DNA of 64,000 nucleotides. Source: Gammaproteobacteria bacterium. GTDB taxonomy: Bacteria; Pseudomonadota; Gammaproteobacteria; Natronospirales; REEB76. The notes beneath the pieces are model-generated. The model saw nothing but the letters and a program-made list of their open reading frames with translations. It was not told where the DNA came from and made no database searches. The stretch covers positions 148,110 through 212,109 of the forward strand of contig DASVOS010000009.1 in NCBI GenBank assembly GCA_036383255.1. The letters are read 5' to 3'. The position numbers were made by a program, and so were the translations under genes. Positions 25,273 to 32,757 of the stretch are shown here, one piece after another; position 1 is the first letter of the stretch; the number at the start of each line of letters is the position of its first letter.

Positions 25273-25724
25273 TGGACGCGGGCCTCAAGGACCTCTACCG
25301 CGACGTGATCGTGGACCACAACCGGTCCCCCCGGAACTTCCGCAAGATCCCGGACGCGGACCGCGCGCTGGAGGGTTTCAATCCCCTCTGCGGCGACAAG
25401 CTCACGCTCTACCTCAAGCTGGACGGCGGGACCATCAAAGACCTCAGCTTCGAGGGCAGCGGCTGCGCCATCTCCGTGGCCTCCGCCTCGCTCATGACCG
25501 AGCGCCTCAAGGGCAAGACCCGCGCCGAGGCGGAGAGTCTGTTCGGCACCATGCACGAGCTCCTGACCAAAGCCGATGCCCCGGCGGACGAATCCCTGGG
25601 CAAGCTCGCCGCGCTCTCGGGCGTGCGCGAGTTCCCGTCCCGCGTGAAGTGCGCGAGCCTGTGCTGGCACACGCTCATGGCCGCCTTGAAGGGCGATGCC
25701 GGCAACTCGATATCGACGGAATGA
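25272..25724 (+). CDS. sufU: SufU-type (NifU N-terminal-like) sulfur acceptor/scaffold
   Basis: Start overlaps sufS stop; three conserved Cys (NPLCGD, GSGCAIS, VKCASL). Confidence 0.85.
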   Translation: MDAGLKDLYRDVIVDHNRSPRNFRKIPDADRALEGFNPLCGDKLTLYLKLDGGTIKDLSFEGSGCAISVASASLMTERLKGKTRAEAESLFGTMHELLTKADAPADESLGKLAALSGVREFPSRVKCASLCWHTLMAALKGDAGNSISTE

Positions 25725-26275
25725 CCATGTACGACCGCGAACCCATCAAGCTCCTGCGTTCCTGTGAGGCGGTGATGATCCCCGCCGGCACCCGCGTGGT
25801 GGTGCCCGAGGGCACCGAGGTGAACGTGGCCCAGTCCCTGGGCGGCAGCTTCACCGTATACGTGGACGGCAACCTGCTGCGCATCGCCGGCAAGGACGCG
25901 GACGCCCTCGGCCTCGAGGTCCAGGAAGCACCCAGGCTGCCGGAGAATCCCAGCGACGCGGACGTGGAGAAGCTGGTCTGGGACCAGCTCAAGACCTGCT
26001 ACGACCCGGAGATCCCCATCAACATCGTGGACCTGGGCCTGGTCTACGAGTGCAAGCTGCAGCCCGCCGATGAGGGCAAGAAGAAAGTGGGCGTGAAGAT
26101 GACGCTCACCGCCCCCGGCTGCGGCATGGGCGGCATCCTGGTGCAGGACGTGAAGGACAAGCTGGAGCAGGTGCCTACCGTGCAGGCGGCGGACGTTGAG
26201 CTCGTATTCGACCCGCCCTGGAGCCGCGAGATGATGTCCGAGGAAGCCAAGTTGCAGACGGGGATGTATTACTGA
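25721..26275 (+). CDS. sufT: SufT (DUF59-containing Fe-S assembly factor)
   Basis: ATGA overlap with sufU; DUF59 core CYDPEIPINIVDLGLVY...LTAPGCGMG. Confidence 0.8.
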   Translation: MTMYDREPIKLLRSCEAVMIPAGTRVVVPEGTEVNVAQSLGGSFTVYVDGNLLRIAGKDADALGLEVQEAPRLPENPSDADVEKLVWDQLKTCYDPEIPINIVDLGLVYECKLQPADEGKKKVGVKMTLTAPGCGMGGILVQDVKDKLEQVPTVQAADVELVFDPPWSREMMSEEAKLQTGMYY

Positions 26276-26595
26276 TGGCCGAGTGGATCGACGTCGCGCC
26301 CATGGACAGCTTCCCGGCGGGCACCCACAAGATCGCGGACGCGGACGGGGTGCGCATCGCGGTGTTCAACATCGAGGGGAAGCTCTACGCCATCGAGGAC
26401 GTCTGCACCCACGACGGCGGCATCCTCACGGGCGGCCCGGTGCAGGGCTGCATCATCACCTGCCCGCGCCACGGCGCCACCTTCGACATCCGCAGCGGCG
26501 AAGCCCTCACCGCTCCCGCCTACGAGCCCACTTCCACCTTCCCGGTGCGAATCCAGGATGGGATGGTGCAAGTCAAAGACGAACGCTGGGACTAG
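26275..26595 (+). CDS. Rieske [2Fe-2S] ferredoxin-like protein
   Basis: CTHDGG...CPRHGATF Rieske ligand motifs; start overlaps sufT stop. Confidence 0.85.
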   Translation: MAEWIDVAPMDSFPAGTHKIADADGVRIAVFNIEGKLYAIEDVCTHDGGILTGGPVQGCIITCPRHGATFDIRSGEALTAPAYEPTSTFPVRIQDGMVQVKDERWD

Positions 26596-26736
26596 CCTGC
26601 CGCATATAACCTGCTGCGCTCGGCATGACGTCGTTGGGCTCGGCTCGCAATCCTCACGTACTTAAGAGTACGCTCCGGTGTGCTCGCCTTCGCCCGGCTA
26701 GTCCTGCCTTCGCTCGCGACGGTTATCTGCGGCAGG
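26596..26736. repeat. REP/MITE-like imperfect palindromic element between convergent genes
   Basis: 16-nt terminal inverted repeats CCTGCCGCATATAACC / GGTTATCTGCGGCAGG (15/16 complementary); central hairpin CGTAC-TTAAGA-GTACG; GCTCG-rich interior. Confidence 0.4.
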
Positions 26737-26744
26737 TCTGACAA

Positions 26745-27368
26745 TCAAATATCAGTGGGAAGGTCGGATTCGCCGAAGTGATCGAGGTAGTCGGCATGCG
26801 CCGCCTTGATCACCTCATAGGCTTTGTCGTGCTTATACACCGCCTGGATGTCCACCTTGTGGGCCTGGCCCGGCACCCACTTGTAGGTGCTGAAGTAGTG
26901 CACCAGCCGCTCCACCATCACATGGGGCAGGTCCTCCAGCTCCCGGGCATGGCCCCAGAGGTTGTCGCTGGCCAGCACGGCGATGATCTTGTCGTCCGCC
27001 TCACCGCCGTCGATCATGCGCAGGCCGCCGATGACGCGGGCGTGCATCAGCACCTCAGACCGGGCGATGGGCCGCTCGGAGAACACGCAGATGTCCAGGG
27101 GATCCTTGTCGCCCGGGATGCCCTCGCCCGCCAGCCGCCCCACCCGCTCGCCGCAGTAGGTACGCGGCACGAACCCGTACAGCGCCGGCATGTGCGCGGA
27201 ACTGCGTTGGGGGCGGTCCACCCGCAGGTAGCCCGTGGCCTTGTCCACCTCGTACTTCACCACGTCGAAGGGCGTGATCTCGATGTAGGCGTTGACCACG
27301 GCGGGGGCGTCTTCACCCAGCTCCAGGCCGTGCCAGGGGTGGGGACGCCACTGGTTATAGGGCTTCAT
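26745..27368 (-). CDS. ppa: Inorganic pyrophosphatase (family I)
   Basis: Start at MKPYNQW (27366-27368); DKDPLDICV and [12 protein letters not shown] motifs. Confidence 0.9.
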   Translation of the reverse strand: MKPYNQWRPHPWHGLELGEDAPAVVNAYIEITPFDVVKYEVDKATGYLRVDRPQRSSAHMPALYGFVPRTYCGERVGRLAGEGIPGDKDPLDICVFSERPIARSEVLMHARVIGGLRMIDGGEADDKIIAVLASDNLWGHARELEDLPHVMVERLVHYFSTYKWVPGQAHKVDIQAVYKHDKAYEVIKAAHADYLDHFGESDLPTDI

Positions 27369-27435
27369 AGGAAAGACCGACGTTCGGAAACCGGGGGCGC
27401 GCATTGTAGCGGCTGGACCCCTGCCATTCCAGGCT

Positions 27436-27711
27436 TCAGCGGCGGCCCGGATCGTCCTTGCGGGTGTATTCCCCTTCCAGGGTCACACCGCGCCGGCCCT
27501 CCGGGCGGTCCTGCGCAGGCGCCTCACGCACCCAGCGCCGGCGCAGCCACCAGAAGCGCAGGGACAGCCCGATGCCCAGCAGCACCGCCGCGCCGAGCAC
27601 CACCAGGAACAGCACCGTGCCCAGGAAGAACGCGACGGTGAACGCGGCCAGGAGCGCCAGCGCCGCCAGGAGGCGCGCGAAGGGACCGCGGCTTCGCGGC
27701 AGCTGTTGCAT
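27436..27711 (-). CDS. Small two-TM membrane protein, hypothetical
   Basis: ATG overlaps the stop of the upstream GT9 gene; hydrophobic core [36 protein letters not shown]; no recognisable family. Confidence 0.4.
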   Translation of the reverse strand: MQQLPRSRGPFARLLAALALLAAFTVAFFLGTVLFLVVLGAAVLLGIGLSLRFWWLRRRWVREAPAQDRPEGRRGVTLEGEYTRKDDPGRR

Positions 27712-28736
27712 CACAGGAGTTCCTTGGCGATGCGCGCGGCGGCCTGCGCCACGTCGATACTGCCCATGTCACTCTCCTCCGCGCCCTCCGGGGGCATGAA
27801 CGCCAGGCGCTTGCTTTCGCCGTTGACGGTCTGCCAACGCAGCGCGGTGGAGGAACGCCGGCGCGGATAGAACGCAGCGGTGGGCCGGCCCAGCGCCGCC
27901 GCGAGGTGCAGCGGCCCGGTGGAACCGCTCACGAACAGGTCCGCGAAGGCGAGGTGCTTGGCGAAGGGCAGCAGACCGTCCTTCGACACCAGCAGCGTGT
28001 GCGGCGCATCCAGGAGGCTCGAGAGACGCCGCGCCTGTGCCTCCTCCGCGGGGCCCGCGGTGAGCACCAGGTGGCGCTTGCGGCCGGCCAGGTCCCGCGC
28101 CAGGTGGCCGTACTGCCCGAGGGAGAGGTTGTCGGCGGAGCCGCCGTGCCCCGCGTGCAGGAACACGAGCTGCTTGCCGGCGGCGATCTTGTGCTTCTTC
28201 AGGAAGTCACGTTTGAGCTTCTGCACCTCGGCGGATTTGAACTCGAGATAAGGCGCTGTCACGGGCCTGGGCTTCGCGACACCCCGTTCCAGCAGGTATG
28301 CCGCCGCGAGGTCGAGGTTGTACTCATACTCGGGCTTCTCGGAACGGGAACGCCGCTGCCGGATGCGCCGGTTGTAGAAGATCTGGGCGAGCTTGGTGGC
28401 GGGCGCGTACCGCAGCGGGATGCCGGCGAGCCACACGCCGAAGCCGGTATCGAAGCGTGAGAACAAGGTCACCACTGCGTCGAATCGCATGGGCTTCAAG
28501 GCCCGTGCCAGGGCGAAGCCGTTGCGCCAGGCGCCCTTGAGCCGGGGGTCCCGCACCACCTCGTCCACATAGGGACAAGCTTCTGCCAGCGGCGCGGTAT
28601 AGGCCGGTACCAGCACCGCGATGTGGGCCTTGGGCAGGTTCTTGCGCAGGAGCGCCAGGGCCGGCCAGGCCAGCATGAAGTCCCCCAGCTTGTCGTTGCG
28701 GATCACCAGGATGCGTGGGCCGGCGGATGCGGGCAT
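27711..28736 (-). CDS. Glycosyltransferase family 9 (LPS heptosyltransferase-like)
   Basis: ATG at 28734-28736 (track TTG start at 28784 is less likely); ILVIRNDKLGDFMLAWPAL N-terminal GT9 motif. Confidence 0.85.
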   Translation of the reverse strand: MPASAGPRILVIRNDKLGDFMLAWPALALLRKNLPKAHIAVLVPAYTAPLAEACPYVDEVVRDPRLKGAWRNGFALARALKPMRFDAVVTLFSRFDTGFGVWLAGIPLRYAPATKLAQIFYNRRIRQRRSRSEKPEYEYNLDLAAAYLLERGVAKPRPVTAPYLEFKSAEVQKLKRDFLKKHKIAAGKQLVFLHAGHGGSADNLSLGQYGHLARDLAGRKRHLVLTAGPAEEAQARRLSSLLDAPHTLLVSKDGLLPFAKHLAFADLFVSGSTGPLHLAAALGRPTAAFYPRRRSSTALRWQTVNGESKRLAFMPPEGAEESDMGSIDVAQAAARIAKELL

Positions 28737-28849
28737 GGAGGGCGGCCTTGAGAGCGCGGGCTGCGCCGCGGGAATCTTAACCAAGGGGGCGGCAGGGGTC
28801 TAATGCCTCCGTCTGCCCCTTGCCGCTCAGGACAAATCCAGGACCCATA

Positions 28850-28865
28850 TGGGGTATTTACCTAA
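28850..28865 (+). promoter_or_regulatory. Box-1-like element TGGGGTATTTACCTAA overlapping a TAATAT -10-like hexamer
   Basis: 11/16 identity to the 16-mers at 29989 and 34361; TAATAT at 28863-28868. Confidence 0.25.
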
Positions 28866-28874
28866 TATAAAAAA

Positions 28875-29046
28875 AGTCGCCCCCGGTCCAGACTTTGCCT
28901 CGGGTCGTGCACCCCTCACGATCCAAACGGCTGATGTTCCCCGTCGGCCGCACAAGCCGGGATGCAACGTCACGGCTCGCAATTCGGGTGGTCCTCCCTA
29001 CCGCCCGCGTTGACTGAAGCGCCTCGAAAGAGGCGCTTCTTTTTGG
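28875..29046 (+). ncRNA. Candidate ~170-nt small RNA or terminator-controlled leader upstream of the OmpR-type regulator
   Basis: Divergent intergenic region; -10-like TAATAT at 28863-28868; strong plus-strand intrinsic terminator at 29016-29046; no convincing CDS between them. Confidence 0.35.
29016..29046 (+). terminator. Intrinsic terminator
   Basis: GAAGCGCCTC-GAAA-GAGGCGCTTC followed by TTTTTGG; no T-run on the opposite strand, so plus-oriented. Confidence 0.75.
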
Positions 29047-29150
29047 TGGGGACAATACCCGGATTCAGGTCGTTTCCCGCCGGTATTCAGGGGATCACCC
29101 GCTTCCCTGCAACGGCAGGGCTCAACTATTCTCGACCCTGGACGCCATGG

Positions 29151-29954
29151 ATGGTGTCCGCCTTCCAGGATGTCCAGCCTGACCCAGGCGGACCCGGAAA
29201 AAAGAAAGTGGACCTGCGCATCTCATCGACTCCGACGCGAGCCCCGTTCAAGGCCCTCATCGCCACCGATGATGCAGCCCTCACCACGGTCGAGCACTCC
29301 GCCCTCAAGCAGTTGCATTTCGACGCCGTCACCGTGCATGACGACGGCGAGATGCTGCACAGCATCCACGCCGAGCGCCCCGACCTCGTGATCCTGGACG
29401 CGGACCTGCCCGCAGGCGGAGGCCTGGAGGCCTGCCGCCGCCTAAGGGAGGATCCCAGCACCGCCTCCATCCCCATCATCATGGTGACCGGCGAGGACGA
29501 CAGCTCCGAGAGGATCGAGGCGCTGGAGACCGGCGCCGACGACTGCGTGACCAAGCCCCTGCAGGTGGACATGCTGGTGGCCCACATCAAGGCATTGGCG
29601 CGGCGCGCACTGCAGGCGGTGACCCCCGGCCACCGGTTGCGGGCCGGCCCCATCGACATGGACCTGGACCGCTGGACGGTGCAGGTCTCCGGTGCGCCCA
29701 TCGAGCTCACCAAGAAGGAATTCCGGCTGCTGCAGGTGCTCCTGGAGGCCAAGGGGCGGGCCCTGACCCGTGACTTCCTGCTGCAGGAGGCCTGGTCCCA
29801 CGGCACCATCCACGGCCTCGACACCCGCACCGTGGACGTGCATATCGGCCGCCTGCGACGCAAGCTTGGCAAAGCCGGCCACTACATCATCACCGTGCGC
29901 AACGTCGGCTTCCGCTTCGACATCCTTCCGGAGTGGTTCACCACCCGCTCCTGA
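29151..29954 (+). CDS. OmpR/PhoB-family response regulator (orphan)
   Basis: Receiver (DLVILDADLP acceptor Asp, VTKP Lys) plus winged helix (LTKKEFRLLQVLL, RTVDVHIGRLRRKL); ATG 29151 or GTG 29208; the track start at 28962 would place the terminator hairpin inside the CDS. Confidence 0.85.
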   Translation: MVSAFQDVQPDPGGPGKKKVDLRISSTPTRAPFKALIATDDAALTTVEHSALKQLHFDAVTVHDDGEMLHSIHAERPDLVILDADLPAGGGLEACRRLREDPSTASIPIIMVTGEDDSSERIEALETGADDCVTKPLQVDMLVAHIKALARRALQAVTPGHRLRAGPIDMDLDRWTVQVSGAPIELTKKEFRLLQVLLEAKGRALTRDFLLQEAWSHGTIHGLDTRTVDVHIGRLRRKLGKAGHYIITVRNVGFRFDILPEWFTTRS

Positions 29955-29988
29955 GCCGCCACCCGTGGGGTCTTTACATGTATACAAA

Positions 29989-30004
29989 TAGGGTGATTAC
30001 CCTA
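29989..30004 (+). promoter_or_regulatory. Box 1: TAGGGTGATTACCCTA (imperfect palindrome) upstream of rsbR-like operon
   Basis: Near-identical 16-mer at 34361-34376 (TAAGGTGATTACCCCT); contains NarL-heptamer-like TACCCTA. Confidence 0.35.
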
Positions 30005-30027
30005 TTCGTTTCAGGTCCCCTCCCCGC

Positions 30028-30039
30028 TAAGGTTTAACC
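30028..30039 (+). promoter_or_regulatory. Box 2: TAAGGTTTAACC
   Basis: Related copies TTAGAGGTTTCAC (34407-34419) and TTAAGGGTTTAACC (36002-36015), each in an intergenic region of this locus. Confidence 0.3.
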
Positions 30040-30383
30040 TAATTCCAGGGACAGGCGCGGGCGGAGCGCCTAACTAAATCCGAAGAAGAAACAGTGAGCT
30101 GCGGACAGAATCCACTGCGATGGATCAGGCCCGCGGATCCTGCCGCCTCACGCAGGCTGCTTTTACATATGCACGCGCGGGGCCTCAGCTTTGATATTTA
30201 GTACCATGAAACCCGCCATCAAGGCCGGCCGCACCCCAAGGTGGCCAGTCAGCGCCATGCGGCAGTCACGCGGCCTTACCAGCTTCGGGCTTTCGCCTGC
30301 GGACCTGTCCCAGGGAACTATGAACGGCATGAGCCGTCCCGACAGATCTCCCCCGTTACAGAGGGAAGAACGAGGAGCGAACC

Positions 30384-31295
30384 ATGACTGATAAAGGCAA
30401 GAGCCGCGACCGGAGCCTGCAGACGGACCCTGGCGCCGGCGGCGACGAATCCCACGCCGAAGTACTGCGAGAGCTGGTGGCGCATCTGCGCCAGAACCGC
30501 ACCCAGCTGCGCGAGGTATGGGCTAGCCGCATCATGAGCGCCCGCTTCCTCACCGCCATGACCAATGAGGAAATCATGGCGGAGGCGAGCTCGGTGTACG
30601 ACAACTACCTGGGCGCCCTGGAGACCGGCTCGATCGAGGCCCTCGAAGCCTACGCCCGCGACCTGTCGGAACGAATCATCCCTCGAGGCGTGGAGACGCA
30701 CGAAGTGGTGGGTATCGTGCTCCTGCTGCGCGACGTGCTGGCCCGCTCCCTCTTCTCCAAATACGGCCAGAACCAGCAGCTGTTGACACGGGTGCTGGAC
30801 GCCTACGAGCCTGCGGCGAACCGCATCGCCACCACGGTGGCGGTGGGCTTCGTGCAGGAGCGCGAGCGCATCATCCGCCAGCAACAGGAAGCCATCCGTG
30901 AGCTGTCCACCCCCGTGCTGGCGGTGCGTGAACGGCTGCTGATTCTCCCCATCATCGGCATCCTCGACCCGCAACGCGCCCGCCAGCTGACGGAACAGCT
31001 GCTGCGCGGCATCCGCGTGAACCGCGCACGAGTGGTCGTGATGGACCTGACCGGTGTGCCGGCGGTGGACGCCGCGGTGGCAAACCACCTGGTGCAGACC
31101 GTGGAAGCGGCCCGACTGGTCGGCGCCGATGTGATCGTCACCGGCCTCGCGCCGGAACTGGCCCAGACGCTGGTCACCATCGGCGTGGACCTCGGCAAGA
31201 TGGCCACGGTGGGCGACCTGCAGGGCGGCATCGAAGAGGCCGAGAAGCTGCTGGGCTACAAGGTGGTGCCGATCCTCGACAAGAGCCCGGAATAA
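30384..31295 (+). CDS. rsbR: RsbR-like stressosome sensor (N-terminal helical sensor domain + C-terminal STAS)
   Basis: GAGGAG RBS 6 nt upstream; STPVLAVRERLLILPIIGILDPQRARQLTEQLL and VVMDLTGVPAVD...GLAPELAQTLVTIGV match the RsbR STAS pattern. Confidence 0.85.
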   Translation: MTDKGKSRDRSLQTDPGAGGDESHAEVLRELVAHLRQNRTQLREVWASRIMSARFLTAMTNEEIMAEASSVYDNYLGALETGSIEALEAYARDLSERIIPRGVETHEVVGIVLLLRDVLARSLFSKYGQNQQLLTRVLDAYEPAANRIATTVAVGFVQERERIIRQQQEAIRELSTPVLAVRERLLILPIIGILDPQRARQLTEQLLRGIRVNRARVVVMDLTGVPAVDAAVANHLVQTVEAARLVGADVIVTGLAPELAQTLVTIGVDLGKMATVGDLQGGIEEAEKLLGYKVVPILDKSPE

Positions 31296-31307
31296 GGACA
31301 CGCCCAA

Positions 31308-31697
31308 GTGGAAGTCCCTATCCTAAAACAGCGCAATTACCTGATTGCGTCAGTGCAAGCGGTGCTGACCGACCAGGACCTGGTCAACCTGCGCGACCGC
31401 CTGGTGGCACAGGTGGGCCGTTACCGCTCCGTCGGCGTGATCCTCGACGTGACTGGACTCGACGTGATGGACTCGTTCTCCGTGCGCACGCTGCGGGACA
31501 TGGCCCACATGATCCGCCTGCGCGGCGCCGACACGGTCATCGTCGGCATCCAGCCGGAAGTCGCCTTCTCGATGGTGCAGTTGGGACTCAGCCTGGAAGG
31601 CGTGCCCACTGCGCTCGACCTCGAAGAAGGCCTCGCCTATCTGGACGCGCGGCCCAAGCGCACCAGCGTGGGCAGCACCCCGCCCGGACCTAGATGA
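31308..31697 (+). CDS. rsbS: RsbS-like single-STAS stressosome scaffold
   Basis: GTG start; close to my recollection of B. subtilis RsbS (PILKQRNYLIASVQ, LDVTGLDVMDSFSVRTL with conserved Ser, GIQPEVAFSMVQLGL, TALDLEEGL). Confidence 0.9.
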   Translation: MEVPILKQRNYLIASVQAVLTDQDLVNLRDRLVAQVGRYRSVGVILDVTGLDVMDSFSVRTLRDMAHMIRLRGADTVIVGIQPEVAFSMVQLGLSLEGVPTALDLEEGLAYLDARPKRTSVGSTPPGPR

Positions 31698-32152
31698 ATA
31701 AGGTCGGGCCTTCTCCTCAGAACGGAAGCAGCGAGGCGACAGGGTCTTTGGAAGACAGGGTAGTCATTCCCATCAGGACGGTGATGGATATCGTCACCGC
31801 CCGCCAGCATGGGCGCGAACTCGCGTTGCAATCCGGCTTCTCGGAGACGGAGTCGACGCTGATCGCGACCATCATCTCCGAGCTCGCGCGCAACATCGTG
31901 CTGTACGCGCAGACCGGCGAGATCGTGCTGCAGAAGAGCGGCGGCACCGACAAGCCGCGCGGCGTGGTGATCGTCAGCCGCGACAACGGACCGGGCATCC
32001 CCGACGTGCAGCGCGCCCTCGTAGGCGGCTACTCCACCTCCGGCGGCCTCGGCATGGGCCTCTCCGGCGTGCGCCGCATGGTGGACGAGTTCTACATAGA
32101 CACCGGCGTCGGCAAGGGCACCACCGTCACCGCCAAGAAATGGCTCCAATGA
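31694..32152 (+). CDS. rsbT: RsbT-like serine kinase (GHKL ATPase, anti-sigma regulatory factor family)
   Basis: ATGA overlap with rsbS; ISELARNIVLYA, DNGPGIPD, GYSTSGGLGMGLSGVRRMVDEF motifs. Confidence 0.9.
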   Translation: MNKVGPSPQNGSSEATGSLEDRVVIPIRTVMDIVTARQHGRELALQSGFSETESTLIATIISELARNIVLYAQTGEIVLQKSGGTDKPRGVVIVSRDNGPGIPDVQRALVGGYSTSGGLGMGLSGVRRMVDEFYIDTGVGKGTTVTAKKWLQ

Positions 32153-32751
32153 ACCGGAGCATCATAGAGTCGGGCGCAGCCTCCTTCACCCTGCCCGGGC
32201 AGGCGGAATCGGGCGACCGCCACGCGGTGGTCGAGGTCAAGAGCGGCGCGGTCGCGACGGTGGTTGACGGTCTGGGCCACGGCAGCGAAGCCGCGGCGGC
32301 CGCCGAGCTCGCCATCGAGAGCGTGCAGCGGCACGCCGACGGCGAGCCGCTCACCGCCCTGCTCAAGCACTGCCACACCGCGCTCAAGGGCAGCCGCGGC
32401 GCGGTCATGAACGTGGCGGCCTTCGATGCACGCGAAGGCACGCTCACCTGGCTCGGCATCGGCAACGTGGAGGGCCGGCTCCTGCTCAAGAGCGCACACA
32501 ACGGCTACGTGCGCCAGAACCTCCTGCTGCGCCCGGGCGTGGTCGGGCAACGCCTGCCCTCGCTGCAGGCCGCAGTCACGAGGGTGCAGCCGGGTGACAT
32601 GGTGATCTTCGCCACCGACGGCATCGCTCCTGACTTCGCAGAGCAGGTGCGATTGGATGCGCCGGTGGACGAGATCGCCGAGCGCATCATCACCCGCTAT
32701 TGCAAGAAGACCGATGACGCCCTGGTACTGGTCGTCCGGTACCTGGGCTGA
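32140..32751 (+). CDS. rsbX: RsbX-like PP2C/SpoIIE-family phosphatase
   Basis: ESGDRHAVV, VVDGLGHG, VMIFATDGI, DDALVLVVRY PP2C metal-binding motifs; ATG 32149 (ATGA overlap with rsbT stop) is an alternative start. Confidence 0.8.
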   Translation: MAPMNRSIIESGAASFTLPGQAESGDRHAVVEVKSGAVATVVDGLGHGSEAAAAAELAIESVQRHADGEPLTALLKHCHTALKGSRGAVMNVAAFDAREGTLTWLGIGNVEGRLLLKSAHNGYVRQNLLLRPGVVGQRLPSLQAAVTRVQPGDMVIFATDGIAPDFAEQVRLDAPVDEIAERIITRYCKKTDDALVLVVRYLG

Positions 32752-32757
32752 CGCGCG

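Noticed and set aside
26596-26744. Possible tRNA or riboswitch in the suf-ppa intergenic region
   Set aside because: There is no cloverleaf and no T-loop (GTTCRANYC) or D-loop consensus. It lies downstream of both convergent genes, so a riboswitch role is unlikely. I treated it as a repeat element instead.
28962-29150. Track start of the OmpR-type regulator at 28962
   Set aside because: It would place a 10-bp GC hairpin plus T-run terminator inside the coding region. It would also add ~63 residues with no receiver-domain similarity. ATG 29151 or GTG 29208 fit better.
30028-30039. Reading Box 2 (GTTTAA) and Box 1 (GGGTAT/GGGTGAT) as a Bacillus sigma-B-type promoter (GTTTAA-N12-15-GGGTAT)
   Set aside because: The idea is tempting because of the stressosome genes. 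On the coding strand, however, the GGGT box lies upstream of the GTTTAA box, with 40-50 nt spacing. No GGGTAT-like element follows GTTTAA at the right distance, and no sigma-B homolog is in the window.
30191-30391. 66-aa ORF in the leader of the rsbR-like operon
   Set aside because: It has a non-ATG start and no RBS, runs into the rsbR-like start codon, and shows no recognisable family or hydrophobic or charged pattern.
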